This document shows positions 18,952-28,206 of a stretch of 64,000 nt of DNA, one piece after another (the first letter of the stretch is position 1; each line of letters opens with the position of its first letter). Under the pieces are notes generated by a model. It worked only from the letters and a program-made list of their open reading frames with translations, searched no databases and was not told the DNA's origin. This DNA comes from an uncultured virus (IMG/VR IMGVR_UViG_3300025708_000562) (Duplodnaviria > Heunggongvirae > Uroviricota > Caudoviricetes), in IMG/VR virus record IMGVR_UViG_3300025708_000562; one strand, written 5' to 3'. The position numbers and the translations under genes were made by a program.

Positions 18952-19287
18952 ATGAACAGCACAGAGCAACTGATTGGATTACTAAAAGAGTCTGCCCAGC
19001 GGATCCAGGCGCTGGACGATGCTCTTCAAAAATTAGCAAGGGCCGTGGAGATCGTGGAACCGCTATCCAACCGCGGCCTACTAGGCGACATACAGGGCGC
19101 TACGCTCTACGACAAGGCGCTCTCTCTTACGAAGATGTCGAGTCGCGACTTTGATTTTTATGATAACTTGGCCCGCAAGGGCCTGTCGGCCTATCAGGGC
19201 TTTGGGAGTGTGGGCAAGGCGCCCGCAACCTCCGGCGGAGATCCCGCCGCTCTCGTAGACCGAGCAGTTTTCTCGCACAGGCTTTAA
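18952..19287 (+). CDS. Small head-operon protein
   Basis: Tightly coupled ORF upstream of the decoration and capsid genes. Confidence 0.5.
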   Translation: MNSTEQLIGLLKESAQRIQALDDALQKLARAVEIVEPLSNRGLLGDIQGATLYDKALSLTKMSSRDFDFYDNLARKGLSAYQGFGSVGKAPATSGGDPAALVDRAVFSHRL

Positions 19288-19301
19288 GGAGGTAGACTCA
19301 G

Positions 19302-19775
19302 ATGGTAAAGCCTAAGACTTTTATGAGCCAGTTGATGAATCTTTCCATTCCCATCGCCACGACTACCGATGAGTTCCTCAGTGGTGAGTTTATCCACTGG
19401 GGCGCCGACAACAAGGCGGCTAAGATGGGCACGGTGGGGTCTGGAGAGACTCCGGTCTGCCGTTGCGTGTTCCATGACACGCTAGGCCGGACGGACCGCT
19501 TCGGCACCGACAAGGTTACCATCCTGGATGGTGAGTACCTTGCCGAGATCGACGCGTACGATACCTCGGGTGGCGACTTCGGTAATGGCGATTGGCTGAC
19601 CGTGAAGAACTGCACGATCACCTATTACGCCGACGGCAAGTCGTATACCGGTGGTTTCCTCTCCCCCGCCACAACGGGTGATGTGGTCTGGGCTCAGTGC
19701 ATAGTTCCGCCCGGTGGTCTCCAGCGCGGCTTGAACTATATGCTGGTCAAGATCGTTAGCCCGTTTGTCCTATAA
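19302..19775 (+). CDS. Putative capsid decoration/cement protein
   Basis: Beta-rich 157 aa directly before the major capsid gene; AAGGAGG SD; strongly biased codon use. Confidence 0.55.
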   Translation: MVKPKTFMSQLMNLSIPIATTTDEFLSGEFIHWGADNKAAKMGTVGSGETPVCRCVFHDTLGRTDRFGTDKVTILDGEYLAEIDAYDTSGGDFGNGDWLTVKNCTITYYADGKSYTGGFLSPATTGDVVWAQCIVPPGGLQRGLNYMLVKIVSPFVL

Positions 19776-19798
19776 CCGTAAGTTGGAGGTGAAACGTA

Positions 19799-20713
19799 AT
19801 GGCTGATAAGTTCAACTCCGGTGCGATGGGAGCCGAGTACAACGCTCGCTTCTTGGAGGCTCTCCAGGATGAGGGTACGCGTAGGAAGCTCTCTATGGCG
19901 ATGGGTCAGTATACCCGTAAGAAGGTATACGAGGGCTTGATGATGGAGAACATCATCCCCTCCGAGACCGTCACCCCCGCCGACCTGGTTCCCACCATGG
20001 TCGGAGATGCTCTCTACAAGATCGACGAGCTCGAGCCTGAGGCCACCGCTCTAGAAGTCAACTGGGATGGCAATCCCACCGGTGAGTACTTCGAGGGCGA
20101 GCGCTTCATCACTCCTATCTGGACTGTTACTAGCGAGCGGCTCCAGAAGAGTGAGGATGAGCTTTTGGCAATCAGGTATCCTGCCCGCGAGGTGCTCACG
20201 GATATCGCCTCTAAGGAGATCATCCGCAAGCAGGACGAGCATTTCTTCGGCCGGCTCTGCGAGGCTGCTGTCGCTCACAGCGGCAAATCCATCACGTCGC
20301 CCGATAACATCCTAACAATGGATGCGCTATCGGCCCTGCAGAACGAGATCGACGGTAACGAGCTCAACTGCACCAAGATCGTGATGAACCGCGTTGACTT
20401 TAACAACCTGAAGCGGCTTGCGGGACCTGAGGCTGACACCCTGTCGGCTGAGATCCTGACCAAGGGCTTCGTTAGCACGACTTACGGTGGCTTGCCATTC
20501 CTGGTCACCATCAAGAACACCGCCGTCGCCCCCGGCACGGTTTGGGCGTTCACTGACCCCGAGTTCCTCGGCACTCACTACGTGCTGCAGGATACCAAGT
20601 TCGAGGTTAAGAGCGAGTTCAGGATGGTTGAGTTCCAGGGTTGGCGTAAGTACGGCACCACGATCTCTAACGTCAATTCCGTTGCCAAGCTCACCCTGGG
20701 CGTGGCATCCTAA
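19799..20713 (+). CDS. Major capsid protein (probable HK97 fold)
   Basis: 304 aa; position between decoration and neck genes; EI..QD..FF, VMN..DF and G.P.L motifs; strongly biased codon use. Confidence 0.75.
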   Translation: MADKFNSGAMGAEYNARFLEALQDEGTRRKLSMAMGQYTRKKVYEGLMMENIIPSETVTPADLVPTMVGDALYKIDELEPEATALEVNWDGNPTGEYFEGERFITPIWTVTSERLQKSEDELLAIRYPAREVLTDIASKEIIRKQDEHFFGRLCEAAVAHSGKSITSPDNILTMDALSALQNEIDGNELNCTKIVMNRVDFNNLKRLAGPEADTLSAEILTKGFVSTTYGGLPFLVTIKNTAVAPGTVWAFTDPEFLGTHYVLQDTKFEVKSEFRMVEFQGWRKYGTTISNVNSVAKLTLGVAS

Positions 20714-20728
20714 CGAGGGAGTTAACTC

Positions 20729-21397
20729 ATGAAGGCGCAACCCAGTGTGTCCCGTCCAGTTGATACGGTTAGTGGCTATATAGAGCATCTAGGTGGTGAT
20801 GGCACCCCTAAGTGTTCTATCAACGATCCCATGAACAGGATGCGCTTTTGGACCCTTGGGGCTGGACAGCGGACTCCCGTTATCCAAATCCCCAAAGAGC
20901 ACAGCCTGTTGGCGTGGATTGCCACTAAGGACTATCTGCGGTTTGTCGCCACGAGCACGATGGGGTCGACGGGGAAGGCGGATCCACTTCCCCGTCATCC
21001 TAAGCCTAAGCCGCCCCTAGCCGACGGACCCGTAGCTAGCCATGACGGTCCGTTGCCTGATCGCACCCCGAAGCAAATGACTGAGGCCGTTGTCCCGGCT
21101 GGAGATAGCACTCAAGAGGTGGAGCCGGAGGTCGCCCCACGCCGGCCTGAGCTTTCTCCCCGGGAGCTGCTAGAGGGCAGGTCGCCTGAGCCTGAGGTGG
21201 AGCCCGAGGTACAAGAAGAGGAACCAGCATCAGAGCCTACTCTCATGGAGCGCCTTGAAGCCCTAGACTATAAGTCCCTCAAGGCGTTGGCCGATAAGTA
21301 CGAGATTGAGTATACCGGGCGCAGCGCTAAGGCAATCGTCAATGCGATATTGCTTTACGCGGAGTCGTTGCCCGAGGGCACGCAGCTAGAATTCTAA
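20729..21397 (+). CDS. Hypothetical protein with C-terminal Rho-N/HeH-like domain
   Basis: C-terminal LEALDYKSLKALADKYEI...KAIVNAIL after a Pro/Glu linker. Confidence 0.5.
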   Translation: MKAQPSVSRPVDTVSGYIEHLGGDGTPKCSINDPMNRMRFWTLGAGQRTPVIQIPKEHSLLAWIATKDYLRFVATSTMGSTGKADPLPRHPKPKPPLADGPVASHDGPLPDRTPKQMTEAVVPAGDSTQEVEPEVAPRRPELSPRELLEGRSPEPEVEPEVQEEEPASEPTLMERLEALDYKSLKALADKYEIEYTGRSAKAIVNAILLYAESLPEGTQLEF

Positions 21398-21403
21398 TCA
21401 TGA

Positions 21404-21877
21404 GTGGAGGCAGCCGCGGTGGCGAATCATTCCAGAGCAGACTACATAGGATATCTGCGCGACTTCTTGAGGGACCATCCGGCGTTCAATCGGCTGCTGA
21501 ATTACACTGACGAAGAATCGGGAGAGCGCCAGCTAGGTCTAGCCCTAGATCTGGCGCTTGACCATTTCAACACGCGAGTTTTGCCAATTGGCACGACTTA
21601 TGGATTCGCTAATTTCCCCAGCGCATCCATCCTAATAGAGCTTGCCGCGATGTACGTCCTGGAGATGGTCGGTATACTCAAGGCGCGCAATTCATTGCAG
21701 TATTCAGACGCCGGGTTGACCATCAGCGATACCGAGAAATCCTCCGAGTATCGCGCCTGGGCTATGACCTTCAGGCAGGGCGCGCTACAAGAAGCGGCTA
21801 ACATGAAGAAAGCGGCAAACATAGCCAGCGTACTGGAGGGCGGCAGTGGGCTACATAGCAGCTACTACAACCTATAA
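21404..21877 (+). CDS. Putative head-tail adaptor
   Basis: Helical 157-aa ORF following the capsid gene; LQYSDAG motif. Confidence 0.5.
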   Translation: MEAAAVANHSRADYIGYLRDFLRDHPAFNRLLNYTDEESGERQLGLALDLALDHFNTRVLPIGTTYGFANFPSASILIELAAMYVLEMVGILKARNSLQYSDAGLTISDTEKSSEYRAWAMTFRQGALQEAANMKKAANIASVLEGGSGLHSSYYNL

Positions 21878-22190
21878 TGGGCGCGTTAAGCTAACGGAGC
21901 CCAATTCGCTAGTGCCTGAGAAAAAGAAGTTTCCCGAGTGGCTGCCCTGGCTTGTATTGGGAGGCCTGACCCTGGGCGGAGGAGCGGCTGCTGTTAATTC
22001 CTATAATAATTACGTCAAGTCGATCACGCGCCATTATCGCAATCGCAACATAGCGGCATCACTGCTAGCCCTGCTAGGCGTAGGTGGAGTCGCGGCGGCT
22101 ATCGGCGGGGTTGGCAAGACGCCCCCAAATCGCGACAGCCTATCTGACATGCCTCCGGAGCTAGAGTCGGCGGCTCAAACCGGTTCATAG
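21877..22190 (+). CDS. Hypothetical membrane-segment protein
   Basis: Two hydrophobic Gly/Ala-rich segments; the true start is uncertain. Confidence 0.35.
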
Positions 22191-23014
22191 TGGTTGAATT
22201 CACCAATGTGCGTGTCCATGCGTTTCACCCGCGGTACATGACGGTATCGTGGGAGATTGCCAATATCCCCGGCGGGACTGATTATACAATCGACATAGAG
22301 CGCTCAGAGACACCTGATGGGCCATGGACGCTAATTGCTCAAGGGCTAGTCGATAGGGAGTTCTATCACGATTGGGACGCCAATCAGTACAACCTCCGCA
22401 GACGGCATTTCTACAGGGTGACTTATAGGGACGGTAGCGGAGCACCGGTGGTGTCTCCAGCCGTGACTAACCTTAACACTCCAGATGCTATTGCCTATGA
22501 CATCATTCGCCGCGAGCAGCTAGCCCTCAACGTGCTTTCAGGCAGGCCGGGGTTTTTCCTAATAGAGCGCACGTGGGGAGCTCCGTGTACGTTTTGCTAT
22601 GATAGCGTAGCGCAAAAAACTAGCGTATCTGACTGTCCTTATTGCTACGGCACGCGCTATGCTGGTGGATATTTCGAGCCCATCTTCGGATATGTCTCTC
22701 AGCAGGGTTTGTCCAACCTTAATCAGCAAGCTACGCCCATCATGGAAATGCAACAGGTGACCAAGCAGTTCTGGACTAGCAATTCGCCGCTGCTAAAAGT
22801 GCGAGATGTGTTTGTTGATGCTGAAAACAACCGCTGGCGCGTCATGGCGATCTCTCATACGGAAAAGCTAGGCGCGTTTATGCGTCAGATCATGTCAATG
22901 AGCGAAGTGCCTAAGGGGCATATCATTTACGACATCCCCGTGCCTAATCTATATGACTTCCACCCGGTGAGGGATTATCACATATGGGAGACCACCCCAT
23001 TCCTCGAGCCATAG
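22190..23014 (+). CDS. Putative neck/head-closure protein (Fn3-like N-terminus, zinc finger)
   Basis: V.W...Y.I.RSE..DGPW; CxxC...CPYCYGT..GGY. Confidence 0.6.
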   Translation: MVEFTNVRVHAFHPRYMTVSWEIANIPGGTDYTIDIERSETPDGPWTLIAQGLVDREFYHDWDANQYNLRRRHFYRVTYRDGSGAPVVSPAVTNLNTPDAIAYDIIRREQLALNVLSGRPGFFLIERTWGAPCTFCYDSVAQKTSVSDCPYCYGTRYAGGYFEPIFGYVSQQGLSNLNQQATPIMEMQQVTKQFWTSNSPLLKVRDVFVDAENNRWRVMAISHTEKLGAFMRQIMSMSEVPKGHIIYDIPVPNLYDFHPVRDYHIWETTPFLEP

Positions 23015-23077
23015 TATTATGGGATCCTGGCCGTGTCATCTATACTAACCATGGAGTCATAGAATGGAGCGGCCGGC

Positions 23078-23677
23078 ATGAAAAGTCCCGTAGACATCGA
23101 CAACGACATTCTCGCTTTCCTGCAATCGTTTTTCTCGACTCCGAGGACGGTGATTGTGGGACAGGCGCACCGGACGCTGCAGTGGAATCCCAATCCCAAA
23201 ACGACGGATCTGCTGATCAGGGCTAAAGACATCGCCAATGCCGAGACGCTAGACGGCAATAAAATCTCCATCATCATTGATCGCGGCAACTCGCGCTTGC
23301 TGTATTCAAGCCTAAAGAGCAGAATGGCGCGTGATATCCCTCGAAATAGCGAGACCTTTCTGGAGCTCATCACCGTTCCTTATGCGCTGCACTGCCTATC
23401 TTCTAACGACTACGAGGCCAGCCTAGTCGCGGGCATCGTTGCCAACGCCATTTGGATGCATCACGACACCTTTAAGCCATTGGGATATCATCGTGTGAGA
23501 GTTGACGGAATTGGTGGGCCGACTATACTTATCAACGAGAAGAGTAGTGTTAACCTGTATGACGTGCCAGTGTCGCTTCACATCTTCTACAACACGCATT
23601 ACAGGATTAGCCACAATACCGAGGAAGTAATGGGCTATAACACGCCGATTATAAAAGAGATAGCAACGGAGGGCTAG
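23078..23677 (+). CDS. Putative tail terminator/completion protein
   Basis: Lies directly before the sheath gene; size is compatible. Confidence 0.45.
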   Translation: MKSPVDIDNDILAFLQSFFSTPRTVIVGQAHRTLQWNPNPKTTDLLIRAKDIANAETLDGNKISIIIDRGNSRLLYSSLKSRMARDIPRNSETFLELITVPYALHCLSSNDYEASLVAGIVANAIWMHHDTFKPLGYHRVRVDGIGGPTILINEKSSVNLYDVPVSLHIFYNTHYRISHNTEEVMGYNTPIIKEIATEG

Positions 23678-23678
23678 C

Positions 23679-25544
23679 ATGGCTGCATATCGCGAACCCG
23701 GGGTAAATGTTACTATACAGGAAGACCGCCCCTCTCCAATTCCGGAGGCGCGCAAGCTCCCTGCTGCGGTAGTGGGGCCTGGTTTTCAGGTAGAGGAAGC
23801 GCTATGGGCGGGTACGTATGATACGACCAGCGAGTGCGATCTGCCCTATCCCAATCTAATGTCTGGCGCTAGCGTTGTGACTAATAGCGTGAAGGTCACG
23901 ATCGCCAACTCGGCCGATGATGTCAGTTACAGCATCCTGCCGGAGTTTTACACCGCTGGAAACGACGGGGTAACGCTGGATGCCGGCGTGTATCACGTAC
24001 TTTCTTCGGGCAATGCAGGGGCCTTGATCAATGGCGAGGTGGAGTTCTACGACATCGACACGTGGTCCAGCGCGATCAACTACCTGTCGACGGATATACT
24101 ACAAATCCTCAGCGGGCCTTCCGCGGGGCCGTATGCTATTGCCGGCTTTGACGCCGCTACACGCAGGCTAATCCTTCAGGATGCCTGGTCTGGGACAACT
24201 GGGACAACCTTTGAGTGGGAGATTAGGCGCCCACTTTCGGGTGGAGTGCGGCTCTCCTATCACGCCCTACGCACTGATCACGTGCGTGCGCGTGCGCAGT
24301 TCTTGACCACTGACGAGGTTGTTGCCGCTGCTGGTGGCAAGCAGGCGATCATCCCCGAAAACCCGCTCTTCTACGGTGCCTTTATCGCCGCATCGCAGAG
24401 AGCTCCCGTATGGGTGGTGGGGGTGGAGGATGCTGATGGCGCCTTCAATCCCTCGCTGGCTAATACGGCTGCTTGGTTGGACGCATTGGAGTACTGCCAG
24501 CAATTCACCGATATGTACTCCTTCGCCATTCTGACGCAGAATGACACTGTAATCACATACGCCCAGACGTTTGTCGACTGGATGTCTCTACCGGAAAACC
24601 GCTGTGAGTGTATCGCGGGAGCTTGCCCGGCGCGCACCACACTCGAGGAGGCTATCCCATCGACTACCGGCGGCCGCTTCAGCGCTGATGGCACGACCTT
24701 CACCCACTCCGGTGGATACAACTTCATCTCCTATGGATGCGAGCCCATGGGTTACATCGAGGCTACGCTGGGAGACACTACGGTAAAAGTCAGGGTGCGC
24801 AAGGTTGAGGCTAGCGTAATGCAGGTTTTCGACGCTGACGACGTGCCAACCTCAATGCGCAGCCCGGCGACTGTTTCGTGGCGCTATGTTAATAAGTACT
24901 TCACCAACACCGAAGAGGCACAGTACTATGCCGCATACGGCGAGAGCTTCCAGGACAAGAGGATGCGTCTCTTCTGGCCCGACAAAATCGGAGCTCTCGT
25001 CAATGGCGTAGAAGTATCCATGCCTGGGTACTACTGGTGGTGCGAGAGGTTTGGCAGGCTAGCCGCTTTGCGCAATCCTGCAACCCCCTTCACGCGGACT
25101 AAGTCTAGCTTCTTCACTCGCGTCTTCATGCCGTTCCGCGGACGCACGCTGCTTAATATCATAGCAGGTGGCGGCTGGGAGCTCGGCGTGCAGGATTCCG
25201 TCAGCTTGCCTCCGTATTGCAGGCATCAGCTGACAACTGACATGACCCATCCGGCGCGTGCTGAGCAGAACGTGGTTCACTCGATAGATCACTGCGCTAA
25301 GTATATCCGCGAGGTGCTTGATAAGAACGTTGGCTCGCTAGGCAGCAGCGCCTTGCTGACCAATCTTAAGAGCATCTTGAGCGGCGTGGGGATTTATCTA
25401 GTGAATAAGATCCAGAGTCTGGCTAGCTTCAAGACTCTTAAGCTAGATTATAGCGAGCTTGATCCGCGGCTATGGGATGTCAATGTGCGCGCTGGCGCTC
25501 GTTATCCAGTCAATAACCTAGACGTTATCCTAATGGTGTCGTAG
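23679..25544 (+). CDS. Tail sheath protein
   Basis: N-terminal YREPGVNV; C-terminal RHQLTT..E..V...D and YPVNNL.V. Confidence 0.85.
   Translation: MAAYREPGVNVTIQEDRPSPIPEARKLPAAVVGPGFQVEEALWAGTYDTTSECDLPYPNLMSGASVVTNSVKVTIANSADDVSYSILPEFYTAGNDGVTLDAGVYHVLSSGNAGALINGEVEFYDIDTWSSAINYLSTDILQILSGPSAGPYAIAGFDAATRRLILQDAWSGTTGTTFEWEIRRPLSGGVRLSYHALRTDHVRARAQFLTTDEVVAAAGGKQAIIPENPLFYGAFIAASQRAPVWVVGVEDADGAFNPSLANTAAWLDALEYCQQFTDMYSFAILTQNDTVITYAQTFVDWMSLPENRCECIAGACPARTTLEEAIPSTTGGRFSADGTTFTHSGGYNFISYGCEPMGYIEATLGDTTVKVRVRKVEASVMQVFDADDVPTSMRSPATVSWRYVNKYFTNTEEAQYYAAYGESFQDKRMRLFWPDKIGALVNGVEVSMPGYYWWCERFGRLAALRNPATPFTRTKSSFFTRVFMPFRGRTLLNIIAGGGWELGVQDSVSLPPYCRHQLTTDMTHPARAEQNVVHSIDHCAKYIREVLDKNVGSLGSSALLTNLKSILSGVGIYLVNKIQSLASFKTLKLDYSELDPRLWDVNVRAGARYPVNNLDVILMVS
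25023..25087 (+). repeat. 65-bp direct repeat, copy 1 (inside the sheath gene)
   Basis: 64/65 identical to 26227-26291. Confidence 0.95.
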
Positions 25545-25554
25545 GGAGGCTCAT

Positions 25555-26166
25555 ATGGTTCTGCTTAAAGATTGGAACCAGCATGTATCGTCTATCGATC
25601 AACTTGATCCAGGCGAAAACATTGGGAAATTCATAGAGGGCGAGACCATTGCCTTGGCTGCGGGTCCTCCGGTATTTGACCCCAACAACCTTGACAGTGT
25701 TTCGGTAATGCACCTAGTCGGCCTATGTCAAAGCATCGGAGTCACGCAGGGGCAGCAGACTCAGCGCGTTTTCGAGCTAGGCTCTAGGCGCTCGTTTATC
25801 GTCCCCGGGCGTTCTGCGGGTAGTCTAGTTATCTCTAAGCTATGGATTAACGGCCACTCCCTCCTGGGCTCGCTCTACCGCGCGGTAAGCGATGCTGCAA
25901 CGGAAGAGGCGCTTTATCGCAAGCCGGGCTATAACTACAAGTATACCAACCTGCAGTCCGAACTGTTCCACCGCCCAGTCGGTATCCTCATCATGGTGCA
26001 TGACCAGAATGACGACATGGTTTCCGCGTCGTTCTACGAGTGCTGCTACATATCGTCTAGCAATTGGGGCACCTCTGCTGCAGGCCTTACGGTAGCCTCT
26101 AACGTGCGTGTTGAGTATGAAGAGGAATACCCGATCGACCCCGGCACAATCGAAACGGAAGTCTAA
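25555..26166 (+). CDS. Tail tube protein
   Basis: Follows the sheath; G..QS..V.Q.Q...RVFELGS.R motif; ECCYI. Confidence 0.75.
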   Translation: MVLLKDWNQHVSSIDQLDPGENIGKFIEGETIALAAGPPVFDPNNLDSVSVMHLVGLCQSIGVTQGQQTQRVFELGSRRSFIVPGRSAGSLVISKLWINGHSLLGSLYRAVSDAATEEALYRKPGYNYKYTNLQSELFHRPVGILIMVHDQNDDMVSASFYECCYISSSNWGTSAAGLTVASNVRVEYEEEYPIDPGTIETEV

Positions 26167-26178
26167 CGAAGGAGAAAT

Positions 26179-26529
26179 ATGGGCTACATCTACCAAACGC
26201 TGACCAAGCAGGCGGCGATGGACTTTCCTGGGTACTACTGGTGGGGCGAGAGGTTTGGCAGGCTAGCCGCTTTGCGCAATCCTGCAACCCCGCGGGGCAG
26301 AATTCTTAACGAGACCTCCCACCACAGTCCAGCTTCCCTTCAAAATTATTTAACCCGTCTGCTCTCCTCGGCCAATGCTGGACAAGCCAATATATACGAG
26401 TACGTGAAAGGTTTGCGCAATAGGGTAGGGGAGGCGGGCTCCCTCGCAAGAATGTATCAAGATCCGCGGAAGCCAAGGAATTGGATACGGCATCTCCCGA
26501 CAAGCGGCAGGGGTTTTTGGTCTTACTGA
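26179..26529 (+). CDS. Chimeric small protein: K-x-A leader plus a sheath-derived peptide
   Basis: MGYIYQTLTKQAA then PGYYWWGERFGRLAALRNPATP; AAGGAG SD. Confidence 0.6.
   Translation: MGYIYQTLTKQAAMDFPGYYWWGERFGRLAALRNPATPRGRILNETSHHSPASLQNYLTRLLSSANAGQANIYEYVKGLRNRVGEAGSLARMYQDPRKPRNWIRHLPTSGRGFWSY
26227..26291 (+). repeat. 65-bp direct repeat, copy 2 (inside ORF 26179-26529)
   Basis: CCTGGGTACTACTGGTGG(G/T)GCGAGAGG...CCTGCAACCCC. Confidence 0.95.
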
Positions 26530-26565
26530 AGAGGCCCCGAATCATGGAAGGATAATAATAGCCGC

Positions 26566-27117
26566 ATGGGCTACATAGCACAATCGATGCAGAAACAGGC
26601 CATCACGCTTAATATTAGGCAGACTGAGGGCCTGCGGCGCAACCCCGAGATTGGCAAGTACCTGTCTGATATTCTTAAGGCTACCAGGACGCGCGGCAAG
26701 GGGCATGACCTTAAGAGGCTGCTTTCCCTGACCCCCGGAGCTGCTCTTGGGGTAGCCGCCGGATCGGGAGCAACCATTCCCACCGCTGCGGTGGCAACAG
26801 CTCTAGGGCTGGCGTTGGGGATCAAGTTTGGGCTGCCGGCTATCCAGGACGCCATATTGCGCAAGAAGCTTAAGAAGGAGCTAGGGGCTGATAAGGGCGA
26901 GGAGGTAGGCAATCTATCTCAGCGTGTATACAACAAGAGCACCGGGACGCTGACGCGTGGTGGGGCCATGTTAGACGCCGGAGTGCTCCCATCTTTCCTG
27001 GGCAACGTTGGCAGGGCGTCTCGTCAGGAGGATGCTGCCATTCTGCTTTTGGATCGCGTGGAGCGCATGCTGGCAGACCCAGCACAACACGTGGGGCCGT
27101 ATTCAGTGAGACACTGA
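26566..27117 (+). CDS. Putative internal virion protein with K-x-A leader
   Basis: MGYIAQSMQKQA leader; central hydrophobic Ala/Gly segment. Confidence 0.55.
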   Translation: MGYIAQSMQKQAITLNIRQTEGLRRNPEIGKYLSDILKATRTRGKGHDLKRLLSLTPGAALGVAAGSGATIPTAAVATALGLALGIKFGLPAIQDAILRKKLKKELGADKGEEVGNLSQRVYNKSTGTLTRGGAMLDAGVLPSFLGNVGRASRQEDAAILLLDRVERMLADPAQHVGPYSVRH

Positions 27118-27242
27118 TCAAGCCATAGATAGCATGCCCCCCAAGCCTCTTGCTCGAGATAGCAATGCTCAATTTGGGGGGCTTTCGCTAGGGGAAGAGA
27201 GGGGCGCCAAGCAGCGCCCCTCGCATATCATGGCGGTATTGG

Positions 27243-27500
27243 TTATGGCTTATATTGCGGCAGCACAGTCCGCATGCCCATGTGGAACATCATGCCATAG
27301 ACTATCAAGCTAATTAGCACTAGGTCTCCCGCAACGAGATACAGCATGAGGTACAACCACTGCCCGCCTAGCGCGTAATGGATCAACGATACGCCGGCCA
27401 CGCCAACAATCGCCACGAAAACAGTACATGCAACTAGCGCTACAAGTGCGCTTAGTGCCATGGCGGGCCACTTAGGGTTCTTTGACATAAGGCTCCTCAT
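27243..27500 (-). CDS. Small membrane protein (2 TM)
   Basis: Two long hydrophobic stretches. Confidence 0.55.
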   Translation of the reverse strand: MRSLMSKNPKWPAMALSALVALVACTVFVAIVGVAGVSLIHYALGGQWLYLMLYLVAGDLVLISLIVYGMMFHMGMRTVLPQYKP

Positions 27501-27942
27501 CCTCCCATATCATATTGCGCCATTCGGCGTCTATGTAGCCGTGTTCCTGGAGCTCGTCCAGCATGGATTCGTAATTATCAATCACAAGCGCGCGCCAACC
27601 CATAGACTCCAGGGCGGTCAGCCACGCTGTCTGCTCTTCCGACGCCTTGCCGCCGGGGCGTTTTAGCTCTACGCATATAGGCTTGAGTTGTTTGCCTTCT
27701 ATGCCAAAAATAAAAAGATCGGGTGCCGCTTTGCTTGTCCCAAACGCGCGCATAGTCATCGCAATGCGTGGAGTACGCAATGCTTCATTGGGCGGGTGAT
27801 AGAAGAGTATTCCTTCTATTCTATTCAGAGTACGCACTATGCGCATATGCAAGCGCCCCTCTGCGTAATTCCGCCTAGAATGGGCAGCCATCTTCCTCAT
27901 CCTCTTCTTCATCGCATCCGCCCCAATAAGCGGGATCATCAC
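27472..27942 (-). CDS. VRR-NUC (PD-(D/E)XK) nuclease
   Basis: H.PNE, APDLFI, VELKRPGGKASEEQ..W...L...G. Confidence 0.85.
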   Translation of the reverse strand: MMIPLIGADAMKKRMRKMAAHSRRNYAEGRLHMRIVRTLNRIEGILFYHPPNEALRTPRIAMTMRAFGTSKAAPDLFIFGIEGKQLKPICVELKRPGGKASEEQTAWLTALESMGWRALVIDNYESMLDELQEHGYIDAEWRNMIWEDEEPYVKEP

Positions 27943-28204
27943 GCTCGGGGAGGGAGTTATTGTCGTCCCATACGTGGGTGGGGAGGGCTACTGCCATAAA
28001 CTCAAAGCCAGAACGCAGTGCGGCTATGGCACACGCTGCGCAGAGCTTATGATGTGGGTCGATCTTGACGCTAATCGTCAACTCGCCATCCACAGAGCCC
28101 CATGGCGTTTGATTCTGCGTATTGAAAGCATCCGTCGTGGGATTGAGGGCTAGATCTTCGTCCGTAATGTCGGCTCCACACGCTGCGCACCTATACCTAT
28201 CCAT
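27875..28204 (-). CDS. Hypothetical zinc-binding protein
   Basis: CAACG...CAAC; acidic tail. Confidence 0.55.
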   Translation of the reverse strand: MDRYRCAACGADITDEDLALNPTTDAFNTQNQTPWGSVDGELTISVKIDPHHKLCAACAIAALRSGFEFMAVALPTHVWDDNNSLPERDDPAYWGGCDEEEDEEDGCPF

Positions 28205-28206
28205 GA

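Noticed and set aside
25023..26291. Diversity-generating retroelement TR/VR pair
   Set aside because: Only one mismatch, neither copy is a C-terminal variable region, and no reverse transcriptase is present in the window
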